Source of the DNA: Octopus vulgaris
Taxonomy: Eukaryota
DNA length: 64,000 nucleotides
Reading direction: 5' to 3'
NCBI GenBank assembly: GCA_951406725.2
Contig: OX597831.1
Coordinates: 77,810,001-77,874,000, forward strand
Position numbers and translations under genes: made by a program. The notes beneath the pieces are model-generated. The model did no database searches and was not told the origin of the DNA. It was given only the letters and a program-made list of their open reading frames with translations. Of the stretch, positions 29,626 through 43,302 are shown one piece after another (the stretch's first letter is position 1; each line of letters starts with the position of its first letter).

Positions 29626-29849
29626 CACTTAATATTAATTGAGTGTTAACTGAAACAGCCGTAAGTGAAGATGATTAATTTGCTGTTAATTATAAACAAT
29701 TATTAACTTCCCAATCTCCGTTTTCTTTTTCTTCATTTATACGAATATAAACTATATATATATACTTTACATTCGTATGTGATCGCGTGTGTATCGTTGG
29801 CGATTCTTTTTCCTCCGTCTTCCCTTCTTTGGATCTTTCCTTTTTCTAT

Positions 29850-29884
29850 GTTTCTGACGAAGAGCTTCTCTCGAAACGTTAAAT
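29850..29884 (+). ncRNA. Minimal hammerhead motif (copy in element 29787-29930)
   Basis: gttt-CTGACGA-A-GAG-cttct-CTC-GAAAC-GTT-aaat. Confidence 0.65.
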
Positions 29885-30250
29885 CCTCCTTCTTTTTTTC
29901 CTTTCCTGAGCGTCCAATAAAACTATACTGGGTATTGAACTGGGTATTGAACCAGTATGTCATTGGATGAAACCATCCCTTCATGAAGTTAACACAGCTT
30001 ATAAATAGCTTATAAACAGCTTCCACGCTGAAATTGTTCTTGTTTCAGCGCACAATCTCAGATCAGGTCACTTGGTATGCATGTACATCTCCCTGACACA
30101 TACACACACACACACACACACTCACCACCCCCCACATATATATATATATATATAGTTAATCCAAACAAGAAAGCACAAAAAAAACACAACGTGAGGACGT
30201 GGAACAAATATAGTATTATTGGACGCTCAGGAAAGAAGGAAAGAAGGAGG

Positions 30251-30285
30251 GTTTAACGTTTCGAGCGGAGCTCTTCGTCGGAAAC
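30251..30285 (-). ncRNA. Minimal hammerhead motif with one core substitution (element 30152-30320)
   Basis: Reverse complement gttt-CCGACGA-A-GAGC-tcc-GCTC-GAAAC-GTT-aaac; perfect 4-bp helix I; U-to-C change in CUGA. Confidence 0.55.
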
Positions 30286-30677
30286 ATAGGAGAAGGAAAT
30301 ATCCAGAGAAGGGAAGACAGATGTACATCTCCCTGACATATATATATATATATACACGTACATTAATACACAGGCACACACACACACACAAACGCACATT
30401 TATTGCTTATAATCTCTGTCAACTATAATATTATAATATGCGTCTGCTGTATTTACCTTTGGAGGAACTGATGTCATCAGACGTAATTAATCGATCATCC
30501 GATATTTGGTGCTTGAACCACAACACCCTCACTTTGCTGGCTCTGCAGTTGAGGCCTTATCGCTGCACGCCATTTACTCCTGGCTTCCAGCTTCACTCCT
30601 TTCTCTTCATCCATAACTGGCAACAGGTATGTACACGGATGATCTATATAATTGATAATCATTCATATATTTACTAT

Positions 30678-31001
30678 GAAGGTGCATGGGTCAGTGGTTA
30701 CAGAGTAGGACTCACAATCGAGAAACAGTTTGTGATTTCGGTTGCCGAACTTGAGCAAGACATTTTATTTCACGTTGCTCCAGTTCACTCAGCTGTAGAA
30801 ATGAGTTGCGACATCACTGGTGTTAAGTTGTATCGGTCCCTTTGCCTTTTCCTTGGATAACATCGATGGCGTGGAGAGGGGAGGCCGGTATACATGGGCG
30901 ACTGCCGGTCTTCCATAAACAATCTTGCCCGGACTTGTGCCTCGGAGTGTTACTTTCTTGGTGCAGTCCCACGGCCATTCATGACCGAAGGGGTCTTTAC
31001 T
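30678..31001 (+). mobile_element. SINE family D with tail type c
   Basis: Family D centre plus tail cttggataacatcg...gggcgactgc...cttccataaa, shared with 60745-61030. Confidence 0.8.
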
Positions 31002-31056
31002 TCTTAGCCGTACATACCAACCATCTTTATATTTGTCCATCCCTGATATATACCGA

Positions 31057-31276
31057 TTTCTTTACTACACACAAGGGGCTAAACACAGAGGGGACAAACA
31101 AGGACAAACGGATTAAGTCGATTAGATCGACCCCAGTGCGTAAATGGTACTTATTTGATCGACCTCGAAAGGATGAAAGGCAAAGTCGGCCTCGGCGGAA
31201 TTTGAACTCAGAACGTAGCGGCAGACGAAATACCGCAAAGCGTTTCTCCCGGCGTGCTAACGTTTCTGCCAGCTCG
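31057..31276 (-). mobile_element. SINE family B
   Basis: Full consensus; TSD gatatataccga/gatatacaccga at 31045-31056 and 31277-31288. Confidence 0.9.
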
Positions 31277-31454
31277 GATATACACCGACTGTATAATTGC
31301 TTGTCTGTCATGTATAACAAATGTTTATGTAATTACTTGTCAGTCTTATCGATTGTCTATTTTATTGCTAATCACTAAAATATCGACTGTCTATGTAATT
31401 GGTAATTAGTTAGATGTCTGTCGTGTTTATGGCTAATTTATCTAGCAAACCAAG

Positions 31455-32250
31455 GCAGTGACCTGGCAGTATCGTTAGCACGCCAGGCAAAATGCTTAGC
31501 GGCATTTCGTCCGTCTTTACCTTGTGAATTCAAATTCCGCAAGGGTTGGCTTTGCCTTTCATCCCTTTAGGGTCGATAGAATAAGTACCAGTTGAGTACT
31601 GGGGGTCGATGTAATCGAGTTAAAGCACTCCAATGCAATTGCTGAATTTGTATCAGAACGTGAAACCAAAATATATCTTTTCTACTCAAGGCGCAAGGCC
31701 CGAAATTTTTGGGGAGGGTACCAGTCGATTGGATCGACTCCAGTATGAAACTGGTGCTTAATTTATCGACTCTGAATGGGTGAAAGGCAAAGTCGAGCTC
31801 GGCCGAATTTGAACTTAGAATGTAGCGGCAGACAAAATACCTATTTCTTTGCTACCCACAAGGGGCTAAACACAGAGGGAACAAACAAGGACGGACAAAC
31901 GGATTAAGTCGATTACACCGACCCCAGTGCGTAACTGGTACTTATTTAATCGACCCCGAAAGAATGAAAGGCAAAGTCGACCTCGGCGGAATTTGAACTC
32001 AGAACGAAGCGGCAGACGCAATACTGCTAAGCATTTCGCCCGGCGTGCTAACGATTCAGCCAGCTCGCAGCCTTTGAAACCAATATATCTAGCAAATCTG
32101 AGGGCGGCATATCTTTCGGGTATTTGTGCTTTGAGTTCGAATTCTTCCGAGGTTGAATTTGCTTTCGGGTTCGATAAAATAAGTACTAGTTGGATACTGG
32201 GATCGATGTAAATGACTTACCCCCTCCCCTCAAAATTGGTGTCCTCGTTT
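31455..32250. mobile_element. Cluster of four SINE family B copies (+, -, -, +), including a tandem dimer
   Basis: Repeated gcctttcatcc/ggatgaaaggcaaagtcg and taagtaccagt motifs on both strands. Confidence 0.85.
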
Positions 32251-32339
32251 CAAAATAGCCGATTGGACCACCTACCTCGTTACTTTTTTTATTGTCCACT
32301 CATATATTATCCACCTGGCTATTTTCTTGATAGTTTTAT

Positions 32340-32675
<336 letters not shown>

Positions 32676-33434
32676 TTTATTGTCTGCCAGTCTCTCTCTC
32701 TCTCTCTCTCTTTTGTCCGTCTTCCCCAGTGCCTCTTTATTGTTCCGTGGTTCACACAGTAGAAATACCAGCCATCTACTACGGACAACAGGGCTATATA
32801 TTTAATCGTCTGCTATCTTCCTCAAAATTTGAAACACACTTCCTCCGTAAACAAAAGCAAAAAAATAAATATGCTGCGATTTAACAGAATCATTGGAGCT
32901 CTTCGCGTTCTCAGCTCAAATCTCACCGAGGTCAACTTTGCTTTTCAACCTCTTTTTTCCGGGGTCAATAAATAATAATAAAAAAAAAAACAACAACTAC
33001 CTCTCCATTAAGGCCTCCTTCATCGAACAAATCCTCTTCCCGCGTAGTCGTGACCTTGGGCTTATATTAGGATTTTTCTTTTATTTAATTTATATTTTTG
33101 TTTTTACTTATTTCTATTTCTTATTCTTTTATGTCATTTTGATTCCAGAACTAAAAATATATCTTTCCGTCTCCCTCTTTCTCTCTGTCTCTCTATCCCC
33201 CCTCTCACTCCTCTCTCTCCCCTCTCTCTCCGTCTCTCTCTCCCCCTCTCTCATTATATTCTATTTGTATTCTTTTGTTGCCAATTTGATGTTTCTTTTT
33301 TAAACATTTTGCGTTTTTGTCTTCTTTCTTTTCAGTTTTTTTCTTTCATTTTCTATCGCTGTTTTTCTTTCTCTGTATTTTCCTCTCCTTTTCTTTCCTT
33401 TTCTCTCCGCCTTTCCTTTTCCTCTCTTTTTACT

Positions 33435-33466
<32 letters not shown>

Positions 33467-33593
33467 TCACTTGTTTTGTCTTTTATATCTTTCGTGTTCT
33501 AATGACCTCATTTTCTGTCTTTTTTTTCTTTCTGACTATCTTTCTCTTTTCTCTTCTATTTTCTTTCTTTCTTCCTTTTCTTTCAGTCTGTCT

Positions 33594-33654
<61 letters not shown>

Positions 33655-33673
33655 ATACATCAAGTCAGTTAGC

Positions 33674-33708
<35 letters not shown>

Positions 33709-33774
33709 GAGAGAGAGAGAGAAGTATAACTAGTAAGCAGACCCGATGGCTAAATGGGAGGACTGAACGAATAA

Positions 33775-33852
<78 letters not shown>

Positions 33853-33853
33853 T

Positions 33854-33893
<40 letters not shown>

Positions 33894-34137
33894 TCGTGTG
33901 TGTGTGTGTGCACATAGCTAGACAGTATATAACTTTCTATCTCTCACTCTCGCCTTCACCTTCTTCATTCTTTCTGTCTCTTTCTCTCTCACTCTCTTTT
34001 ATGTTTTCCCCTTTTTCTCTCTCTCTCTCTCTTGCAACCATTTCACTCACATAACTTTCTATGCTTCCTCTGTCTTTTTCAACTACATCCCACCCACCCA
34101 CGCACACACAGATACACGTAATCTGCTTGTGTGTGTT

Positions 34138-34179
<42 letters not shown>

Positions 34180-34928
34180 GTAATAATGATGATGATGATG
34201 ATGATGATAATAATAATCCTTTTCAACACGTGACCATATATTATAGAGAGAGGGGAGGCAAACATGTAGGTGTTTAAATACACTCCAGTGTTTGGTTGGT
34301 ACCGTTTGGTGCCAACCAGGGAGCAGTTACGTACAATGCCGTCTTACCTGTCATAAATAGAAACCAAATCTCTCTCAAATCCTCCCTAAAAGAACGCAAA
34401 CATGGCTGCGTCACTTAGAAATTAGCTTCACAATTCAAGGTTTTAGGTTCAGCTCTGCTTCGTGGCCCTTGGGCAAGTTTCTTCGGCGTTGGTTTTGGGG
34501 TCTTGGTAGCGTTCGGGTGATGAGCGCTTTACGAGATGAAGTTTGTTTGGTAATAGCTATGGTGGCAAATTTACAGAGTCGATGGAGCGTCGGCAAGAAT
34601 ACTCCGCCTGCCCCAGCATGACCGCAGTCAAATGATTGAAGCAAGTAAAACAAATAAGATATACATTCTATCTTTTACTTGTTGCGATCATTTGACTGCG
34701 GCCAATCTGGAGCAATGCCGCGCAGGCTTTAGTCGAAGAATTCGAGTTCAGCGCGCATTCCTTTTAAAGCTTGGCACCCATTCCAGCGCCCCCTTTTACC
34801 GAGCAGTTAATTTACGAGGACTAAAATCTGAGTTCGCATCCAACCGCGGTCAGCTTTGCCTTTTATCCTTTCGCAAACGATAAAAAAACAAAGTACATCT
34901 ATCCTCGTTTATCACATGGGGTATGGCA

Positions 34929-35240
34929 AAGGCGCGAAGCCTAGTGCTTAGGATATTTCATCTCACGATTGTATTGTTATGAGTTCGATTCCCAACGGTG
35001 CCATTTGTCCTTGAGTCAGACACTTTGTTTGACGTTGCTTCAGTCCATTAATCTGGCAAAAAATTAGTTGTACCAGTAATTACAAAGGGGCCACACTTGT
35101 CACATTCTGTGTCATAGTGAATCTCCTGAATGTATGCATGTCTGTGGCGTACTCAGCCACTTGCACGTTAATTTCATGAGCAGGCTGCTCCGTTGATCGG
35201 TTCAACTGGATCTTACGTCGTCACAACCGACGACGTGCCA
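34929..35240 (+). mobile_element. SINE family D with tail type a, decayed
   Basis: gagttcgattccc B-box; ctcagccacttgcacgttaatttcatgagcaggctg tail. Confidence 0.75.
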
Positions 35241-36029
35241 GTTGCGTGAGGTTTGGTTAAAAGAAAATCACAGAACACAAATAAAAAGCGATAAACGAAT
35301 CAGACGCGTACACAGTTAATAGAACGAATGGTAGATTTATTGAAACGAAACTCACGGCCCACAGCAGCGAACGCTCTACCGTCACATATTTTCTTTTGCG
35401 TCGTTTGTTAAAACCAGGTTTCCTCATATTTTTCTATTCACCGGTCCTATGTTGATGAGTACGACTATGAAAATCCGACTTATCACAGATCAATCCGTGA
35501 TAATAAGAAGATGGTTCACAGTTTAACACACTTGTTATCGCGGATCAGTAATGTATGAATTAGTGATAAACGAGACTACATATATGTACCAGGTCAGAGT
35601 GGTGGATTGGTAGAACTGTAAAATGCCGAGTCGGACATGTTGCCGCATGTTCTGAGTGTAAATCAAGCCATGACTTTTGTGGGTAGATAACTTAGTCCAC
35701 TGCACGGTCAAACACTGACACTTGACCCCTTAGGTACCATTAGTGGAATCTACTTTGTTACCAACATTTAGGCCTCACCAGTTTGAGGACCAATGCCTCC
35801 CTCCAATCCTTTCCACCCTCTCTCTCTCTTTCTCCCTGCAAGGCGTCATGGACAAACCCCCACCTTGTGACAGACAGAAAAATAATGGACGCCAATAGGA
35901 AGGACGAATCATGTTTGGAGAAGATATGTTCAAACCGTCGACATAAACAGGTTTAACTCTAAATCGTGGGCCTTGAATATCTTTACGGTAGTTCCAGTCT
36001 GGGCCAGTTTTGTGGTCCATTGTTTCCTT

Positions 36030-36199
36030 CTTTCAATAGTTAAACTACGGCCATGCTGGGGCTATGCTTTGTTGAGCTGCATTTATTTTATTTTCAGCCT
36101 GTTGCTTATTTTATCGGTCTTTTTTGCCGAACCATTATGAACAGGAACACAAACAAACGGACAAAGGTTATCCAGCAGTGGTGCAGGATGCGCACCGTC

Positions 36200-36232
<33 letters not shown>

Positions 36233-36935
36233 TTACATACATACATACGCATGACGGGCTTCTTTCAGTTTCCTTCTATCAAATGCACCCACAAAGCTTT
36301 GGTCGTCTCAGTTATAGTAGAAAGCACTTACGTAAGGTGGTATGAAGTGGGATTGAACACGGAACCATGTGTCTGGGAAACAAAAATTTTTAACACATAG
36401 CCACGCATGCGCCTGTAAATTATTACTTCCTTCTGCGAGTGCTTGTGAACCTGAAAAGGAAGGGCGAGTCAAGGGTACTTTCACTCTTCTCATACCAATC
36501 TATTAGGGGCAGGCATGGCTTTGCGGCAAGAAGCTTGCCGCCTAACCACATAGTCCCGAGTTCAGATCTACTACGTGGTACCATGAGCAAATGTATTCTA
36601 CTATAGCCACGTGCCGACTGAAGCACCCTCAGTTTGTTTTCTAGACGGAAACTGAAAGAATCCTGTCACGCACAAATGTATATATGTGTGTGTGTGTGCA
36701 TGTGTGTGGCTGTATGTGTATGTTTGTCCTTCTATCTGTTTATCCCCATCCCGCTTGAAAACCAACCTTGGTTTATTGACATCCCCGTAAATTAGCGGTT
36801 CGGCATTTGAGGCCGATATAATAAGAACGAGGCTTTAAAGAAAAGCAAGTGTCAATTCGTTCGACTGGATTTCTTCCAGGTTGTGCCCCAGTATGACCGC
36901 AGTCTACTGTCCGAAACAAGTAAAAGATAAAAGAT
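36030..36935. mobile_element. Two decayed SINE family A copies, head-to-head (about 36030-36414 -, 36508-36935 +)
   Basis: gacgggcttctttcagttt on one side and gacggaaactgaaagaa on the other. Confidence 0.75.
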
Positions 36936-37125
36936 AAGACACCATATTGAATTTAAAATAATGGTTACATTAGATTTTTAACCCAATGATGGAAGTGGAT
37001 GGTGGTGATGGTGTTGGTAGGCAGCGGGAGCAGACAAGTGTAGGGTGTTCACTCCTCTACATACATACATACATACATACATACATACATACATACATAC
37101 ATACATACATACATACATACATACA

Positions 37126-37681
37126 TGGTGGCTGCCCCCTCGTTATCGAGTATAGCCATTGCACGAAGCTTAATCAATGTTGTTATCGTGCAATGCCTGT
37201 GCAAGAAGATTTTTTTTTAAAGTGAGGAAAGGCTGTGCACTGAGTCAATCCCACTCACTAAGTAACAGCAGTCATAATCTGAACAGAAGAACAAGTCAAC
37301 ATCATCGGTAACCACTGAGCCGCAGGTTTTATGTCGGAGTTATCCCAGTTACCTGAGTTACCTTCTCCTAGAAGGATGCCCTTACAAAGGCTAGGAGTCC
37401 TTCACTCCCAATGGTTTAGCCGCGCGATCGGGTATTCAGTCCGATTATTTCTATGTCCCCGCGCATGATACAGCCTTAAGGCATTTATTGGATGGCCGTT
37501 GATTCTCAAGAGTTCCTCCGCCCTTTGACGTGTTTTGTTTTTCATCCCGTAAGGTGTCCGATAAACACCCTCCTCACCAAGCAAGCTTGATGGGATTGCC
37601 GGTTTAGTCGCCGATGAACCTCGACCATGCAACAGGTAGTACTGGGTTACATGTTAGCGGTAGCACTTGAAAGTGACCTGA
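37126..37681 (-). mobile_element. Non-autonomous RTE-derived bipartite element with (TGTA)n tail
   Basis: 5' motif tggtgaggagggtg...gtcaaagggcggaggaactc...tcaacggccatc resembles RTE 5' regions (recalled, not searched); 3' hairpins; (TACA)n on both flanks; no RT ORF. Confidence 0.6.
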
Positions 37682-37749
37682 CATAATTACTTCATTAAAA
37701 TAAATACATACATACATACATACATAGATACATAGATACATACATACAT

Positions 37750-37820
<71 letters not shown>

Positions 37821-37892
37821 GGGAGAGTTTACGAAAAAAACAAAAGACGAAGACAGGTGGTGTACAAAACAAACAGATGTATTAGTATAACG

Positions 37893-37942
<50 letters not shown>

Positions 37943-38814
37943 GATAAATAGATACAGATATAAATATATAGATATAGATATATGTTGACATATCTCTAAG
38001 AGAAAAAAAGTCACAAAAAGTGCGCCTCGTTTGGTAAACACTATAGAAACTTGGTGGTATTCGATCTCAGTATCCACCGTATTATTCTCACGTTCATTTG
38101 CCGCCATTTTACCGACGCTTTAATTGTGATGAAATGTCATACATTTGTCTGGGTTCAAATGTGGTAATTGTTGTTTGAATAATTATAAACTGGTGAATTT
38201 ATTTGCGAAGGAAATCTCCATGTGGTTGATCAATGTGCTAGAAACAACAGACAAATCGAACAGATTAGATTAGATTCTGCCGTCTTCTAACTAAAGGACA
38301 CATTTGATAAATATATCACTGCCATACTTTCTGTCTAAATGAATCACTATTTGTATTTTTCACACCGCCCCCCCCCCCCCCCTTTTTGCTCTGTCTGTCT
38401 GTATGTCTCTCACCCTCTGTTTGTATCATCCTTCTCTCCCTCTCCCTCTCTCTATGTCTCGCTTTATCATTGGCTGAAACTTTTCTTACACATAACCAGG
38501 CACACACGATCGCTGTCTTTCTTTTTCTCCCCCTCTGTCTCAGACACATACATATTTACACACACACACACACACACGCAAGCACAAACATATGCACAAA
38601 CATGACTTTTCCTTCCCTCCCTCTCTCTACCTCTCTCTCTCTCTCTCTCTCGGACATTTTCTTCACTCACATAAAAACACAACCTCCAACTTCTCTCTCA
38701 TATATCTCTCACTGTCTCTGTCTCTCCCTCTTTCTCTCTCTGTCCTTCTCTCTCACACGATTTACACATCAGCAATATTCCATGCTTTCGCGCTCATTAT
38801 AAGTCTTCCACGTT

Positions 38815-39048
38815 GAGGCGGCGAGCTGGCAGAATCGTTAGCACGCCGGGCGAAATGCGTGGCCGAATTTCGTCTGCCGCTACGTTCTGAGTTCAAATTC
38901 CGCCGTGTTCGACTTTGACATTCATCCTTTCGGGGTCGATAAATTAAGTACCAGTTACGCACTGGAGTCGATATAATTGACTTAATCCGTTTGTCTGTCC
39001 TTGTTTGTCCTCTGTGTTTAGCCCCTTGTGGGCAGTAAAGAAATATAT
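38815..39048 (+). mobile_element. SINE family B, intact reference copy
   Basis: B-box gagttcaaattcc; central cattcatcctttcggggtcgataaattaagtaccag (Meta-domain-like, inferred); 12-bp TSD gtcttccacgtt at 38803-38814 and 39049-39060. Confidence 0.92.
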
Positions 39049-39204
39049 GTCTTCCACGTTTTTGCCTTTCATTAATTCCCCTATTCGCTGTCATCAACAA
39101 TATCAAAGCAAGGAACTAAGAAAACACCAGCAAAAGCAGTTCTATATCAATTAGTGATAATTTTTAATCCGGAAAGCAATAACAGCAACTTAGTAATTCT
39201 TTCA

Positions 39205-40130
39205 TTCTGTTCTAGACACAACGCCTGAACTTTTATGGGAGGGGACCAATCTTTTACATCGACCCCAGTACTTAACTGGTACTTATTTTATCGACTCCGA
39301 AAAGACGAAAAGCACAGTCGATCTCAGCTGAATTTGAATTCGAGACCCACAAGGGGTTAAACACAGAGGAGACAAACAAGGACAGACAAACGGATTAAGT
39401 CGATTATATCGACCCCAGTGTGCAACTGGTACTTATTTAATCGACGACGAAAGGATGAAAGGCAAAGTCGACCTCGGCGGAATTTGAACTCAGAATGAGG
39501 AACTACATACCGCTATGCAATTCATCCGGTCTGCTAGTTTACCAACTTACAACTAATTCGGTGCCAATTGAACATGTGACTTACCTGGTCACTTGCACTT
39601 CAGCGTGCGGTCTAACCCTTAATAAATCCAAATCCTGACCCTAAAGCTTTAACCTTATACCTTAGCACTTACCTTAAACCTTAGCCCAGATCAGGAAATT
39701 TCACAACGTATATCACGGATTCTGTGGTAGCCAGCACGCTATAGTAGCCCCAGTAAATATTTCTATAATAAGCACAAGGCCTGGCATTTTGTGGGAGCGG
39801 TAAGTGGGATTACATCGACCCAGGGTTCAACTGGAGCTTATTTAAAGGACCCCGAAAAATAATGATGAACACGGTGGAATTTGTACTCAGAACGTAAAAC
39901 CGGAAGAAACTCCGCTAAGATTTTAGTCCCACGAGCTAACGATTATGTCAGCTTGGGTGAAGGGGACACCATTTAATTACATCCACCCAGCTTCTAGACT
40001 GTTACTTAATATTTTATTACCCCCAGGGTTAATAAAATAAAATATAATAAAAGCATATTTGACCTCATCAGAAATTGAACTCGCGTTGCCAAGAAACGCA
40101 ACAAAAGACTACTTCAAGGTATTTTGTCCG
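39205..40130 (-). mobile_element. Cluster of decayed SINE family B copies
   Basis: Repeated tcgaccccag...actggtacttattt...gaatttgaact. Confidence 0.75.
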
Positions 40131-40465
40131 CCAAAATAATAATGAAAATGATAATTATAAAACACTTAGAACAGTGTATATATATAAACCTATATATATA
40201 TAGGTATGTATGTATGTAAAGAAAGAAGGAAAAAGCGGTGTACAAAAAAGAATGATGTTTGGTCAGTCAGCAATGGCGAGGTTTCTCTCTTATTTTTCCC
40301 ATTGGTACTAATTTTTATGTAGATATTCGGTAAAGAGTGTGGGAAAAACTGGCTGTAAAATTTATTACTTCAAGCCTATATAGAGATTATTATTGTTTTG
40401 CAAATTCCTCATTCTCTCTCTCCCCCTCAACTCAGTCACAGACACACACACACACACACACACAA

Positions 40466-40504
<39 letters not shown>

Positions 40505-41111
40505 TATATGCGTACATGCGTCTGTACGTGTGTGTGTGCGTGTGTATAGTTTTCTCTGTTCCCTCTCTATATATATCTATGAACATACTTTTCAACACAC
40601 ACACACACACGCACACACACACACACAAGCGTAAGCTCAGTCTTATGGACCTATATATCCTACATGTGTGTGTATGTGTGTGTGTGTATGGTGTGTGAGT
40701 GTAAAATGGGAAAAGAGAGAGCGAAGGATATATACACGTTCAAATACAAAATAATACCCAGGCACTTGTACGAATACACACACACACACACACACACGCA
40801 AATACACACACAAATACACACACAGGCACACCCACGGACAAACACACACACTCACGAACACACACACGCACACATACACACGCGCACACCACGCACATTA
40901 CTGCCACAACATCCATGTGTTATCAGGACAAAAGATGAGATGGTCACTGATCACAACGCCGATCACGCCTGATTGAGTTTGCAACATGGATGTCTCTACC
41001 GAAACCCGCAAGAATTTACCATCCAAAGAGTAAAAGCATTAACCCCACCCCATCTATCCCATCCACCCCACAGACATACCGTTGTATGATGGAAATATGA
41101 AAAAAAAAAAG

Positions 41112-41883
41112 GGATCTTTTCCTTTTGAACGGCAGACAATTTCTAGTTAACTAAACACTTTAAAACTTCGTATACTGGTAGAATGTATCAAAATAAAACA
41201 TTTTTTTCTCTTGGCTTTCTTGAGAAAATTGTAATTTGTTTGTTTAAAGTAGTTTAATTTTTCGAATTTTAACCAATCCTATGCTCTCTTTTGAGCTAAA
41301 ATCATTTGCTGCGTCTGAAACAGAGACAACATCCTGTCACTAACCCAAAACCTCCCCCTAACCCTAACCCTAAATTTTTTTTTCTTAATTGTTACGTGTA
41401 TAAAAAAAAACTAAAGCAATGGAAAATAATTTAAACAAAATAATTCTATAATTCTATACACACGCTTTCCGTGTGTTATGGAAAGCGTGTGTATAATATT
41501 ATAGAATTATTTTGTTTGTTAATTGTTTAAATTATTTTCCATTGCTTTAGTTTTTTTTACACGCGTAACAATTAAATTAATTTAACAATTAAGAAAAAAA
41601 AATTTAGGGTTAGGGTTATGGGGGGAGGTTTAGGGTTAGTGACAGGATGTTGTCTCAGTTTTAGATGCAGCAAATGATTTTAGTTCAATGGAGGTAATCG
41701 ATTGGTTAAAATTGCCGAAATGCTCGGATTTTCAGACGAAATATCTTACAAACTATAGAATTTTCTCAATAAAACCAAGAGAAAATGATGTTTTATAAAC
41801 ACATTCTACCAGTAAACGACGTTTAAAACTTTTTAGTTACCTAGAAATTATGTTACAAACTGCCGTTCAAAAGGAAAGGATCC
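41112..41883. mobile_element. Foldback/long-TIR non-autonomous DNA transposon with internal telomere-like repeats
   Basis: Termini ggatcttttccttttgaacggcag and ctgccgttcaaaaggaaaggatcc; palindromic to a centre at 41471-41479; 8-bp TSD aaaaaaag at 41104-41111 and 41884-41891. Confidence 0.88.
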
Positions 41884-43247
41884 AAAAAAAGTATCATCCG
41901 TCGCTATCTACGATGAGTATCTGAGTTGTTTAATCACGTGTGCCACTCATTAATTGAATATATTACTTCTGGGTACCCTACAAAATGCCATCTTCACTAC
42001 GTTATTCATTTCAGGGATGATAAGTGTATGGCTGAATATACCTCAGTCACATGTACACTACAAGTAGTCGTGCTTCGCGACTTACTACATATTAAAGTCT
42101 GATCCTTTCTAACTACTGGTAAATCTATCTTCAGTTTTAATTACTGTATGGTCGAATACACCTCAGACACTTGTAATACTTACTAAAATCCTATTCATAG
42201 ATAATCATTCTTTTGTAATTACTGTTTAAGTCTTACTCATTAGTCTTAGTCATATTTTCTGTCTTACCAATTTCTTCCAAAAGATTTGAACCGACGTGAA
42301 GTTTGTGTAAAATATATTTGTCCAACGAACGGAACCACGGCGTAGAATCGAACCTGGGGGTCTTATACTTGCAAAGTGAATTCCTTAACAGTTCAGCTAT
42401 ATCTGCGATGATGCATGATGTTATTCTGAGATGTACAATGTGTTTGAGATACCAAAATAAAATTTAAAAAAAAAAAAAAAACAGAAATAAAAGTGGGGTG
42501 AAGAGCAGAGGGAAAAGGGGGTTGTCACAGTTTGAAAGCACAGCCTCGAGCAACGTTGACGTCTAATGAATAAAAAAGTAGATTAATATCTTATGGCAGG
42601 AAAAGAGACAGAGAAGGGGGGGTGGAAGAAGTTGGGAAGTCGTAAGTTATAACAAGGAACAACCAAAAAAAAAAAAAAAGAAAAAACCGCCGTTCCACAA
42701 GCCGGCAGCTACCAGCTCCCAACACCGTGCATTACACACACTCCACCAAAAAAAAAAATATATATATATGAAGGCAAAAATAGATTTTAAATCTTTCCAG
42801 TTAACTTATATGTACGGACAGACACACTGACGGACAGACAGACTGACAGACAGAGAGACAAACAGTGACACAATGAAAGGTATGAAGGAATTCGTAATGA
42901 GAGGACGATAACCTGTTTTCGTGTGTCTTTATATTTTATACGACTATTCTCTAATTTAATTATTCTATTATTTAACCATTCTATTATTCGTTTATTCCCA
43001 TTATTCGTTTATTCCCATTATTCGTTTATTCTATTATTTGATTAATCTATTATGTCTCGGTTTCATTTTACTTATACGTTTATTTTTATTTTATTTTCTA
43101 TTTTGTTATATTTCATCTGATTATTTTTTTTTTTTGCCGAAGTAATACACAAATACAACTCACGCTAAAAGAGAAGCCCAACCACAATTCTCCCGATTAT
43201 AGTCCTTCGACTGTGGCCATCTTGGGGTTAACAAAAAAATGATAGAC

Positions 43248-43302
<55 letters not shown>

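Noticed and set aside
30549-30626. Possible exon (ctgcag ... cag|gtatgt)
   Set aside because: Splice-like sites alone are common by chance; peptide unrecognisable and no partner exons
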